Notes under the pieces: generated by a model
Told to the model about the DNA's origin: nothing
What the model saw: only the letters and a program-made list of their open reading frames with translations
Database searches by the model: none
In this document: positions 21,728 through 30,706 of the stretch, piece after piece
How the letters are laid out: each line of letters starts with the position of its first letter
How positions within the stretch are numbered: the stretch's first letter is position 1
Position numbers and translations under genes: made by a program
Origin: a virus
Lineage: Duplodnaviria > Caudoviricetes
Direction: 5' to 3' (one strand)
IMG/VR virus record: IMGVR_UViG_2061766007_000586
Location: 192,001-256,000 of that record
DNA length: 64,000 nucleotides

Positions 21728-21981
21728 GGTGAAGATGAGTTTCTCATACGGGAAAGAACTTTGAACCGCATGAAAGCCTTTTTGTAGAGGATGCATCATA
21801 ACGTCACATAGGAGTATAGTCTAGCTTCATATCAATATTCAATAAGTGTGAGGAACATATTGAATACGGTGGAATGGTCAAAAACCACAAAATACAAAGC
21901 GGTCATGATTGGAACATACTCTACGCATGTCTACTTATGCTACCAGTACCAACCAAACTCGGACTGGAACAAAAGATCAAA

Positions 21982-22056
21982 TGGAGCCAGCTCTCGGATT
22001 CGAACCGAGGACCGATGGTTTACAAAACCATTGCTCTACCACTGAGCTAAGCTGGC
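21982..22056 (-). tRNA. tRNA-Thr(TGT)
   Basis: Cloverleaf GCCAGCT..., anticodon loop TT-TGT-AA, TTCGAAT T-loop, encoded CCA. Confidence 0.95.
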
Positions 22057-22084
22057 ATATCTTAACTATAAACGTAATATATAG

Positions 22085-22483
22085 TTAAAGTTGTATTGAA
22101 TATGTTTTCTTGTATTTCCATAAGCAGAGACCAAGAAAACATGAAATTAGCAGAGTCATAGTTGTAGAAGTAGATGGTTCACCAACTACCCATACTTCGA
22201 TTAATCCATCAAATGGATCTTCTGCAAAATCTACATTGTAAAAACTTTCAGTAGCATATCCAGCGTAGACTTCGTTTTCCGAATTAACCTTGAAAGTCTT
22301 TAATGAAAACTCTTTATTAAGTGCAAATGATTTAGAGAAGTCGTTTAATTTTGCTACATTAGGAATTACTATTCCTTGAGTTAAATCAATCTTATTATAT
22401 TTCGATAAAGCTTCTGTTAAATCAATTCCAAAAGAAGAAAAAGAAATAAATAAAAACAAAAAGAGAAATAATACTTTTTTCAT
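22085..22483 (-). CDS. secreted protein with PEP-CTERM-like C-terminal anchor
   Basis: Signal peptide MKKVLFLFLFLF; C-terminal GEPS...TLLISCFLGLCLWKYKK. Confidence 0.6.
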   Translation of the reverse strand: MKKVLFLFLFLFISFSSFGIDLTEALSKYNKIDLTQGIVIPNVAKLNDFSKSFALNKEFSLKTFKVNSENEVYAGYATESFYNVDFAEDPFDGLIEVWVVGEPSTSTTMTLLISCFLGLCLWKYKKTYSIQL

Positions 22484-22512
22484 AATAGCCCCTCTTATTA
22501 AAATAAAAAAAA

Positions 22513-23325
22513 TCAAGCTAGGTGAGGCTTGACTAGTGTGTATTCACCAATAAGAGTTCATGACGCTCTTACCACACCTTTGTAATCATTCCATGAGCTT
22601 TCAGGTTTGATTACCGTTATCTACCACACAAAGGGACGACAATGTGGTATTGGTTGACTCCTTCCCTGTGGCAGCTGCTTTAACAGCTTTCTCGTCAACT
22701 TTTGAATTCATGCTCGTTTATCAAGGTGTTACCAGAACATAAACGAATGGAGAATTCCTTAGCCATTAATATTGGTGATTACACGTAGGCACTGTAATCA
22801 ATAGTTATTTTAACCCGCAGGTATGTTACTTCGATCCGGACCACGGATTTACTGAACACACAATCGCGACTATCTTTGCACAGGGATCTTAGTCCTGTAC
22901 CTAAGCTCTAGAAAACTGACCGTTCAAGCCCTGAATCGATCAATGGCAACTTATAGGACTTCAGCTTCAAGCAGGATAATTCGTTGGCAATTTCAATCTG
23001 AGCTGCAGCTAACAGCTTAGCCAATATATCTCGAAACCCATCTGCCTTTGCACAGATCCTGATAATGATCTATGCCATCTAGAAGTTCACCATGTTAGGG
23101 TGACATGATGGATGCTGTATGATCCCGTACCGTAGCCTTGCTAGTGGCCAAACGATACACAGCTTTGCTTATTTGCAGCTAATCCTAGGTATAAGCCAGA
23201 CCCAGGTCTACACTTTCTGAGTTGCAATCTCTAAGCGTAGAAATAATGAGTACAGTGATCAAATCGATATTGATCATTTGCATGGAGCAAGTTTTACAGG
23301 CCATTTAAACTAACTGTACTCCTCT
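22513..23325 (-). ncRNA. ~810-nt ornate ncRNA (GOLLD/ROOL-class candidate)
   Basis: No ORF of 60 aa or more, raised GC, dense hairpins with GCAA/GAAA-type loops; ends in TCAAGC...GCTTGA-T7; lies in a phage tRNA region. Confidence 0.7.
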
Positions 23326-23330
23326 AGTTC

Positions 23331-23420
23331 GGTCGCATAGTAGGATTCTTAGTTTAACCCACATCTGAAGTGCGTTCGCTTCATGTCTTCGCCCGTCGGT
23401 TACTTAGACGATATGCAACC
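23331..23420 (-). ncRNA. tRNA-like RNA E1 (expanded D and T loops, non-canonical anticodon loop)
   Basis: Terminal helix GGTTGCATA/TATGCGACC, D-arm TCGTCTAA...AAGAC, stem TGAAG/CTTCA, T-stem GTGGG/CCTAC. Confidence 0.65.
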
Positions 23421-23428
23421 ATTTTTTG

Positions 23429-23514
23429 TTGCTGATGAATATTCACAGGGATTCCAACCCTGGTTTCCGTGCTCGGCGTCCTGGCATTAGACGATGAGAT
23501 ATCCATTTCAGCAA
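23429..23514 (-). ncRNA. tRNA-like RNA E2 (miniature anticodon arm, extended acceptor stem)
   Basis: TCGTCTAATGCCAGGAC, CCG-AGCA-CGG, CAGGG-TTGGAAT-CCCTG, outer helix TTGCTGA/TCAGCAA. Confidence 0.7.
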
Positions 23515-23600
23515 TGTCTACGAATATGGCGGGGCTGCTAGTCCCGATTTCCTGCTAAGGTGTCCTCGCTTTAGACGACATCATATCCGTTTTTGACATT
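23513..23600 (-). ncRNA. tRNA-like RNA E3 (miniature anticodon arm, extended acceptor stem)
   Basis: TCGTCTAAAGCGAGGAC, CCT-TAGC-AGG, CGGG/CCCG T-stem, outer AATGTC..ACGGATATG/CATATTCGT.GACATT. Confidence 0.7.
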
Positions 23601-23620
23601 ATAGGAATATATACTTGAAA

Positions 23621-24223
23621 TTAGAATGAATATGGCCACTCGCCAAGCCATGTGATAAATCCAGTACGTTCAAATGCAGGACTGTCATGAACCAATACGC
23701 CAGTCGATGCATCAACGAAAATCAATCCTTGATTATTTCCGTAAATGTACTGAGGATTTGTATCATTCGGACCGAGTTGTTTTCTTAAGATAACTCGTTT
23801 CGTATGTGGCTTAGGATTCTGAGTCAACACTTTCAGATAAGACTCTTTAAATGTAATCGTGACCTTTTCCTTGATGATCGGAACATCTTCTTCAACAATT
23901 AAAGATGGGATCACAAGAACTTCATCCTTCTCTAAAGTATGACGTATCATTACAATATTTACATCATGACTCGTATTACCATCAGAGAGGACTTGAAATA
24001 CATTCGTAATTTCAGCTACATCACTTCCACCACCAATATCGATGTAATTTGCAAGAAGAATACCGCATTCATACCAGCGATAATTCTTGTAAACATCATT
24101 CATGTACTGGAGGTCTTCCTTATTGATGTCTTCAACATTTAAGATACGAGTTGTATCTTGCATTGAAGTGCATGCTGAAGTGAGAAGCATGAGTAATGAA
24201 GCAAGCAATAATAATTTCTTCAT
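23621..24223 (-). CDS. lipoprotein (paralog of 24243..24935)
   Basis: Lipobox LTSAC; NPQYIYGN, FVDASTG and LGEWP shared with the neighbour. Confidence 0.75.
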   Translation of the reverse strand: MKKLLLLASLLMLLTSACTSMQDTTRILNVEDINKEDLQYMNDVYKNYRWYECGILLANYIDIGGGSDVAEITNVFQVLSDGNTSHDVNIVMIRHTLEKDEVLVIPSLIVEEDVPIIKEKVTITFKESYLKVLTQNPKPHTKRVILRKQLGPNDTNPQYIYGNNQGLIFVDASTGVLVHDSPAFERTGFITWLGEWPYSF

Positions 24224-24242
24224 TGCTTAATTCCTTGAAGAA

Positions 24243-24935
24243 TTATGGCCATTCGCCAAGTGGAGCACCGAGCTTAATTGCTTGACCGAAAGCTGGATTG
24301 ATAGCAGAAACATCACCAGTTACAGCATCAACATAAACCTGAGCACGACTGTTACCAAAAATCCACTGCGGATTAGCGTCCTTAGGACCAACTTCCTTAC
24401 GAAGAGTGCACTTGCGAGAATGCGGCTTAACAATATTGGCCTTCATCATCTTGTCAAATGCTTGCTCAAATGTAACCTTAATAGCTTCATCGTTAAGAGG
24501 ATAATCTTCCATCCAGAAACTATGAATTACAGTTGTTTCAGTCTTTTCGCCAACATGGTTAAACATAACCACATGCACGTCTGCAGATTTCTGGTCTTCT
24601 GCAATATCAACAACCTGGAAGACATTGTTGATTTCGGCTACTTCAGCTGAAGCATTCTCACCATCCATGAAATTCTTGAGGGTGATCTGCGATTCAAAGT
24701 AGCGATAGTCTTTGTTGAACTGAGTAAACATGGCCTGCTTATCAGTAGCAACGACATGCTCGACGTTGAGTGTACCCTTGGGAGCGCCAAGCGGCCAAAG
24801 CGGATCTGGCTTATGACCAAGAGCAGCGTTTTCAGTTGTGGTTTCAGTAGCAGCTGGTGCTGCTTCTTTCTTTTCCTTTTCACATGCGGTGAAAATGAGT
24901 GTAGCTGCGACTGCAGCCATGAGTAATTTCTTCAT
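24243..24935 (-). CDS. lipoprotein, PepSY-like C-terminus
   Basis: Lipobox FTAC; VTFEQA...YVDAVTG; ends LGEWP. Confidence 0.75.
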   Translation of the reverse strand: MKKLLMAAVAATLIFTACEKEKKEAAPAATETTTENAALGHKPDPLWPLGAPKGTLNVEHVVATDKQAMFTQFNKDYRYFESQITLKNFMDGENASAEVAEINNVFQVVDIAEDQKSADVHVVMFNHVGEKTETTVIHSFWMEDYPLNDEAIKVTFEQAFDKMMKANIVKPHSRKCTLRKEVGPKDANPQWIFGNSRAQVYVDAVTGDVSAINPAFGQAIKLGAPLGEWP

Positions 24936-24968
24936 AACGTATTCCTTTCATAAGTTAGGTTAGAAGAT

Positions 24969-25199
24969 TTAGGATTTATTATTTTCTTTTTTCCAGGCTA
25001 TGTAACCCCATATGGCTAATAAGAGTTGTATGATATCTAGTAGACTTCTACTATATACTTTATTATACAGATCTAATATAAGCCACAGAAAATTTCCGAT
25101 AGTCCATAAAATAAAACAAAATTGGATCTTTTTTACATTCAGGATCGTACCGACTAAACAAATGAGTGTAACGATCCATCCATATACAAGAAGAAACAT
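24969..25199 (-). CDS. small PnuC-like membrane protein
   Basis: Three TM segments; FILWTIGNFLW and AIWGYIAWKK resemble a half-PnuC. Confidence 0.6.
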   Translation of the reverse strand: MFLLVYGWIVTLICLVGTILNVKKIQFCFILWTIGNFLWLILDLYNKVYSRSLLDIIQLLLAIWGYIAWKKENNKS

Positions 25200-25202
25200 G
25201 TA

Positions 25203-25934
25203 TTATCTTTCTCTGATAAGTTGTTTCTTTTTCCAGGTCATGAATAATCCACCTAATCCGCAAGCAATGAGAAGAGTTGTAATAGGAGCTGGAAGAGGTG
25301 AACCCATTGTTCCACCACCACCTTCTTGAATGATTGGGAGATCGGATGCAGCAGTGAGAAGACCAAAGTTAACTTGATAACCTGTTGAAGCATACATAGT
25401 TAGCTGAGCAACACCAATATTAGGATTCAACTTATCTTCTCTGCCTAACCATCTACTTGTATATTCACCTTCCACAGGTGTCCATGTACCAACAGTCGTA
25501 GTACCATCACTCATCCAAATTTCAATTTCAGAACCTTTACTGAAATCACCAAGGTAATAAGCATTACGATTGTAAGTATGTTTACCTTCATCATCATAGT
25601 AAGTATAACTATCAAATGAAGTTACATTATCACCTAAATCAGTGACGTGATTATTAGTCATATCACCGTTGAGATAATATCCATATTGAGTAATACCATG
25701 ATGAGATAATGTTTCATTTTGGTCACCAGAATAAATGGTGTTTAAGTAATCAGTAAGGTAAATTTTACTATTAGAACTTAACACAAATTTATAGTAACTT
25801 CCTTGGCCCATTCCTTGATTCTGGTCATTTGTGTACCACTTTTGTTCAAGATCATAAGAATCATAAACTTCAGCGGCAGATAAGCTCAGAGTTAATGCTC
25901 CGAGCAATATTGCAAGTAACTTTTTCATATACAT
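25203..25934 (-). CDS. secreted protein with PEP-CTERM-like (GxPLPAP) sorting signal
   Basis: Signal peptide MKKLLAILLGAL; C-terminal GSPLPAPITTLLIACGLGGLFMTWKKK. Confidence 0.75.
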   Translation of the reverse strand: MYMKKLLAILLGALTLSLSAAEVYDSYDLEQKWYTNDQNQGMGQGSYYKFVLSSNSKIYLTDYLNTIYSGDQNETLSHHGITQYGYYLNGDMTNNHVTDLGDNVTSFDSYTYYDDEGKHTYNRNAYYLGDFSKGSEIEIWMSDGTTTVGTWTPVEGEYTSRWLGREDKLNPNIGVAQLTMYASTGYQVNFGLLTAASDLPIIQEGGGGTMGSPLPAPITTLLIACGLGGLFMTWKKKQLIRER

Positions 25935-25956
25935 TCCTTTAATTTAAAATTAAAAA

Positions 25957-26033
25957 TGGCGAAGGCGAGGAGACTCGAACTCCCAACACCTACCGTGACA
26001 GGGTAGTGCCCTAACCGATTGAGCGACGCCTTC
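25957..26033 (-). tRNA. tRNA-Asp(GTC)
   Basis: Cloverleaf, CT-GTC-AC loop, GCCA end. Confidence 0.93.
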
Positions 26034-26038
26034 GCAAA

Positions 26039-26114
26039 TGGCTCCCCAACTAGGACTCGAACCTAGGACATACAGATTAACAGTCTGCCGTTCTACCAAC
26101 TGAACTATTGGGGA
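26039..26114 (-). tRNA. tRNA-Asn(GTT)
   Basis: Cloverleaf, CT-GTT-AA loop, GCCA end. Confidence 0.95.
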
Positions 26115-26200
26115 GTATGTATAAGATAATCGTACTGTCACATACTATTAATATATGAATACAAAAAAAGAAATGGGGCTATTTAAATAGCCCCAGTGTG

Positions 26201-26380
26201 TTAGTCGATTTTTTCAACTCTCACAAATTTAAGATCATATCGCTCTTGAAACTTACACTTGCATTGTTTACAAGTGTAGATACGAGAAATAGGAGCTTTT
26301 GTTCCTTCTCCACTGTCTTCAGTTTTTACATGTTTTGTATCCCATGATGAACATGAAGGGCAAAGAACAGCTCTACTCAT
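26201..26380 (-). CDS. zinc-ribbon protein (59 aa)
   Basis: Not in the ORF track. MSRAVLCPSCSSWDT...RIYTCKQCKCKFQE; AAGGAG RBS; ATGA overlap with the upstream gene. Confidence 0.75.
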   Translation of the reverse strand: MSRAVLCPSCSSWDTKHVKTEDSGEGTKAPISRIYTCKQCKCKFQERYDLKFVRVEKID

Positions 26381-26628
26381 GCTGTAACTCCTTTCTGTTT
26401 CATACGACGCCTGCTCAGTTCTTCTGCAAAAACGTTATTGGTTGTTCCACAATTCTTGCAGGCAAGCATAGCTTGCACCAATTTCCAATCAGGAGCAGTA
26501 TGAATATTTTCAATGAGATTTTCAACATAAGGATCCTGCGGTATAGCAGGATCCTTATCATTGATGTCCTTACGAGGACCGAATTTAGAAAATAGTTTCG
26601 TCAGAATCGACATTATTTTCTTCTCCAA
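26377..26628 (-). CDS. hypothetical protein
   Basis: ORF within an operon; likely start MSILTK. Confidence 0.55.
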   Translation of the reverse strand: MEKKIMSILTKLFSKFGPRKDINDKDPAIPQDPYVENLIENIHTAPDWKLVQAMLACKNCGTTNNVFAEELSRRRMKQKGVTA

Positions 26629-27340
26629 TTGAATACTCAGAAATATCCTTGGGCATCTCAGTAGGAAGTGCTAAATAATTGGATATGCTTTCTATGAACG
26701 AAAGATTAGGATCTACACCTTCCGGAACTATAGATGAGAGACGCAACTTGCCACCTAAACCATAATTATTCAAAATACGATTAACATATTTCTGTGTTAA
26801 AGGATCTTTGAATTGAATGGATGCTAACTGCCCTAAGAAGTGAATATTGTTGTTAAGTAACAAATTCAAAAGCCCAACATCTATTCGCATACTTGTAAGA
26901 GGCATGCGAATGGTAGATACATCAGCAGAAGTAATCTTTCTGGAGAATCTAGTTCCGTTAGGCATATTGTATTCTACTTTTAGAGTAATATCTGTTCCGA
27001 GCAGTTCAGAAAGAGATGGTGCAGACGCTCTATGAGGTGGAAATCCAACAGTTGGCGGAGACATCGGCGTTCCGAAGAATGGCATTCCAATGTTTCCTGG
27101 AAAAGTCCATCCACCAGGAGGTGTACCAAATGGAGATGTTGTGGGTTTAAGTACGGAAATGAGTGTACGAAGATCTCGTGCGATGCATTTCAACGACACA
27201 ATAAGTTCTTCAAACATTTTCCGATCAACTTCGATAGTGGAAGATTTTTCAGAATGACAACAACATTTCTTTGTTGAGTCTAACAGTTCACTCGGTTCTT
27301 TACGAGTACGTTTTGTTTCATCAACGGTTTTCTTAGGCAT
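26585..27340 (-). CDS. hypothetical protein with RNAP alpha-CTD-like segment
   Basis: IRMPLTSMRIDVGLLNLLLNNNIHFLGQLAS...ILNNYGL resembles the alpha-CTD pattern; Pro-rich linker. Confidence 0.5.
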   Translation of the reverse strand: MPKKTVDETKRTRKEPSELLDSTKKCCCHSEKSSTIEVDRKMFEELIVSLKCIARDLRTLISVLKPTTSPFGTPPGGWTFPGNIGMPFFGTPMSPPTVGFPPHRASAPSLSELLGTDITLKVEYNMPNGTRFSRKITSADVSTIRMPLTSMRIDVGLLNLLLNNNIHFLGQLASIQFKDPLTQKYVNRILNNYGLGGKLRLSSIVPEGVDPNLSFIESISNYLALPTEMPKDISEYSIGEENNVDSDETIF

Positions 27341-27353
27341 AAATGTGTATTCC

Positions 27354-27854
27354 TTATTCTGGTTTGTTGTTGGAAGATGGATTAACATTTACTCCAGCTT
27401 CTTTTAAAAATTCTTTGTCTTTACTCTCCCAGTACTTATGGACTTTATTCCATTTTTCCCAGAATTTATCATCCAAAGTCTGGAGAGATTCGACACTGTT
27501 AGCTTCTTTTAGCTCATCAGTAGAGATATTGTTAAGACGTTCAAAAGAACAGCATTTATCAAAATCTCTTTGATTTGCTTCAGTCACTTTATTAAGGGAC
27601 TGAATCAATGCTTCGAAAGTTTCGATAACAGATTGACATTTCAGATTTGCTGTACCTTCAGAAAGTTTTTGAATTTCTTTGAGTTCAGTAATCTGAGTTT
27701 GAAGAATACTAACTACCATATTTCTTGCTTGAATTGTGGTGTTAGTAAATCCCATATCTCCGGTAAGAAATTGACGAACAATATCTCTATCGCGAAGATA
27801 GAAAGGTTTGAGTAATTTCACCAATTCTTCTTCAGTAAATCTGGCTTCTTTCAT
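27354..27854 (-). CDS. hypothetical helical protein
   Basis: 166 aa with RBS. Confidence 0.65.
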   Translation of the reverse strand: MKEARFTEEELVKLLKPFYLRDRDIVRQFLTGDMGFTNTTIQARNMVVSILQTQITELKEIQKLSEGTANLKCQSVIETFEALIQSLNKVTEANQRDFDKCCSFERLNNISTDELKEANSVESLQTLDDKFWEKWNKVHKYWESKDKEFLKEAGVNVNPSSNNKPE

Positions 27855-28459
27855 GGTCTATCTCCTTTTGAAGGAGTTTCATATACAGGATCAGGTTTAC
27901 GAGTATGAGGATAGCGAGGATCTTCATCAGGAGGATTATCTTCCTTCCCAACTAAACTGCTAAACATACCACGCATTGTAGATATGGGATTTTTATTCCC
28001 ATATAACGCTTTATCTGCAGCGTTTTGAGACAGGATAGCTTTCTTGAGTTCTTCCTCATGCTTGGCTTTTTCTCTTGCAAGCTCATTTTGATCCGTGTAA
28101 TAATGCTCCATAATGTTCTGAAGATCAACCCAGCAGTGATTGAGGCAAATGTGCCAGTGACCTGCTTCAAAGAGATACCACCATTCGAGCATATCCCATG
28201 GAGACATGTGAATCATTGCTTCTTTGTTAGGAAATATCATTATCGGACTATCGTCATCATCACTGATAGCGCATTGTTCCGGAGTACATCCGATACGATC
28301 AAAATTTGCTCTTTCAAGTAATTTTTGAACACTATCTTCTGATTTATAATACATTAGAAGATAGTCGCCTGTACCATGCATGGGATGAGCCCATTGACAA
28401 TACCTGGCTGCAATAGTTCCGTCTTTCAGCCTGAGGCCAATAAGTGCACGTTCTCCCAT
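27851..28459 (-). CDS. conserved phage hypothetical protein
   Basis: N-terminal RxxIG...YCxW pattern and WWYLFEAGHW, typical of a widespread phage family. Confidence 0.65.
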   Translation of the reverse strand: MGERALIGLRLKDGTIAARYCQWAHPMHGTGDYLLMYYKSEDSVQKLLERANFDRIGCTPEQCAISDDDDSPIMIFPNKEAMIHMSPWDMLEWWYLFEAGHWHICLNHCWVDLQNIMEHYYTDQNELAREKAKHEEELKKAILSQNAADKALYGNKNPISTMRGMFSSLVGKEDNPPDEDPRYPHTRKPDPVYETPSKGDRP

Positions 28460-28461
28460 AA

Positions 28462-29049
28462 TTACTTTTCCTTATTCGGTTTTTGTTTCGATCTGGATTT
28501 GTATTCCTTTTCTGCAGCGACTAATTCACTCGTATTTTTTGCACGAGTTAAATCGCCAATAAGGATAGATCGATTTTGAATTTTTGACTGATTACGAGTA
28601 ATGAAGTTTCGGCAAGATTTTTCTTCTTTTTCTACTGATGCAATGAGCACCTCAAGTGCTTTCTTTGCATCATGGTTGGCAGTAGTACTGATATAGTTAC
28701 TGAGAACCTTGAGCTGAGATTTTCTTGTCCGAATTAATTCAAGTTGAGATCTGATAAATGTGACGTTGTCGTTAAGTGCGGAAATCATTGCATTATGACT
28801 TCCGATGAGATGATATTTCTTTTTCAGAAATTCTTCCCTATCCAGAGCCATCTTAGTTAAATCAGTAAGTGGTTCAAATGGTTCTGGATCTACGACGTTA
28901 GAAGTGTCGATAGTTGCTAATTTTTGTTTAGCAAAATCTGACATTGCTGGATCTACTTTTTTACAACTGAAGTTTTCTTCTTTTGTAAACAGATTTTTGA
29001 GCCGGGTAAAGAAACCCGGCCTATACTCTTTACCATCAAAGGTTACCAT
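28462..29049 (-). CDS. hypothetical helical protein
   Basis: 195 aa with RBS. Confidence 0.65.
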   Translation of the reverse strand: MVTFDGKEYRPGFFTRLKNLFTKEENFSCKKVDPAMSDFAKQKLATIDTSNVVDPEPFEPLTDLTKMALDREEFLKKKYHLIGSHNAMISALNDNVTFIRSQLELIRTRKSQLKVLSNYISTTANHDAKKALEVLIASVEKEEKSCRNFITRNQSKIQNRSILIGDLTRAKNTSELVAAEKEYKSRSKQKPNKEK

Positions 29050-29052
29050 TTG

Positions 29053-29265
29053 TTACTCCTCCTTGATTCGGATCTCGTGCCCACAGCAAGGACAGTGGAT
29101 ACAAGTTGTTGCTCGTGTAATGGAAATAACTTTATGATTTCCATCTATTTTACTTAAGAGTCTATCTAATTCCTCCAATTCTTCTTTAGTTAAATTGTTG
29201 AGAGTATCTTTAGCGTCTTGTTTTACCATTTCATCAAGATATTCTTGCTTCCGTTTACGTTTCAT
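29053..29265 (-). CDS. small protein with CPCCG motif
   Basis: 70 aa ending CIHCPCCGHEI. Confidence 0.6.
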   Translation of the reverse strand: MKRKRKQEYLDEMVKQDAKDTLNNLTKEELEELDRLLSKIDGNHKVISITRATTCIHCPCCGHEIRIKEE

Positions 29266-29785
29266 CTTCTTTCCTTTTATTGTGCTTGTTTACTATTTCA
29301 TTAGAATCACCAAAGCAACTAGGAAAATTCTTAGCAAGATTATACTGAAGGGTTGAATGAAGTTTGTCAATACGAGTAAAGTAATCTTGACCGATATCAT
29401 GAAGAGCTTGTAAACTCTTAGCGACTTTTGTATCGTTTTGTGCTTTTGCTGAATAACGAATGACATCTCGCAAGAATTCTGCATGATACTTATCAATCTC
29501 TTGGATATTGGTAAGACCTTTTTTCATCTGACCTAATACTTTAAGAGAAGATTTTGCCAAATCTTTCACGTTGTCAGGAACTTTGTCATGTTCTGAAATA
29601 GCAGCTAATGCACCATTAAGTGCATCTATTTGTTGCTGCATTGTTTCGAACTCTTCAGTATTCATGCCCTGATACAACCAACCTGTTGCCATGAATTTGG
29701 CACCAGAAAATTCCTGTCTTGTAAGAGTTCTCACAAGTTCAAGAATAATAGGCGAATAGAACCCATCTCCGTGCATTCCAGGCAT
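29255..29785 (-). CDS. hypothetical helical protein
   Basis: 176 aa with RBS AAGGAG. Confidence 0.65.
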   Translation of the reverse strand: MPGMHGDGFYSPIILELVRTLTRQEFSGAKFMATGWLYQGMNTEEFETMQQQIDALNGALAAISEHDKVPDNVKDLAKSSLKVLGQMKKGLTNIQEIDKYHAEFLRDVIRYSAKAQNDTKVAKSLQALHDIGQDYFTRIDKLHSTLQYNLAKNFPSCFGDSNEIVNKHNKRKEDET

Positions 29786-29798
29786 ATATATTCTCCTT

Positions 29799-30215
29799 TC
29801 ACATGATATAACGAGTTGTAATGAACCAGAAGATCATAGTAGCTACAATTTGAAGAAAGTGAGCCATCTGATCCTGATTCAAGTTGAAAATACCGAGATT
29901 TGCTTTCATGTGATCTACGATCGCATGGATAAAAGCATTGCCGAGTACAAGAATACTCCAAACAATAGGACAAAGTGTAAAAGCCATAGGAAGGAATGTG
30001 ATAATACTCCATTCAATTGAATGAATAATAAGAGCAGATATCCAGTCTTTCCAATATTTGTTTGGCGTTGGGTTGTCAGGAATGTTCCAATAATCCTTAC
30101 ATTTGTAACTTGATAAAATTCCTTGAATATTAAAATCTGAATAAATGTGAAGGATAAGACATGCTGCAAACATGTAGATTGGGTTGTGAAGAATGTTGAT
30201 AATGAGATCTTTCAT
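29799..30215 (-). CDS. DUF3307-like membrane protein
   Basis: HxxxDFxxQ, H, HxxxD and DQxxH motifs with TM segments. Confidence 0.75.
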   Translation of the reverse strand: MKDLIINILHNPIYMFAACLILHIYSDFNIQGILSSYKCKDYWNIPDNPTPNKYWKDWISALIIHSIEWSIITFLPMAFTLCPIVWSILVLGNAFIHAIVDHMKANLGIFNLNQDQMAHFLQIVATMIFWFITTRYIM

Positions 30216-30706
30216 TTTATTTTTCCTTGTTCGTGTTTGCGTACAACATAAGTGTTGAATGATATTTTCATTGTGTTAGCATGATCGATAGCTTGAGCAC
30301 AAAGTTGCTCTACCTTCTGTATAGCAGGATAGTTATTATGATCTGGATCATAATGTTCCAAATACCAATTCACATGAACGTGAAGTTGCATTCTAGTAAG
30401 GTTGAATATTTGTCTATCATAGTTTCTGATTTTATTTAGAAACTCATCATCTATGGGTAATTGATCTGTGTTAATATTGCAGATATTTTCAAAAGTTCTT
30501 TTTCTTATATCTTCTTTTGTATGAAGATATCTCTCTATGATTTTGCTGATATTTTGTTTATAATCTTGAAGTATTTCGCAAATAGTATTTGTGAATTCAG
30601 ATTTAGAATCTTTTGCTAATTCACACATACCATCGACAAAGTTAATTTCACTAGCGATATATTTGAGATCGCAATCAGCTATGTTGAAAAGGGAAGTAAT
30701 GTTCAT
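30212..30706 (-). CDS. hypothetical protein (paralog of 30703..31236)
   Basis: Similar spacing and motifs (DLxxxxxE...EF...IL; LCxx...ANxMxxSF). Confidence 0.65.
   Translation of the reverse strand: MNITSLFNIADCDLKYIASEINFVDGMCELAKDSKSEFTNTICEILQDYKQNISKIIERYLHTKEDIRKRTFENICNINTDQLPIDDEFLNKIRNYDRQIFNLTRMQLHVHVNWYLEHYDPDHNNYPAIQKVEQLCAQAIDHANTMKISFNTYVVRKHEQGKIK

Noticed and set aside
21728-21980. Possible further ncRNA downstream of tRNA-Thr
   Set aside because: Only a few weak hairpins and no closing helix; insufficient support.
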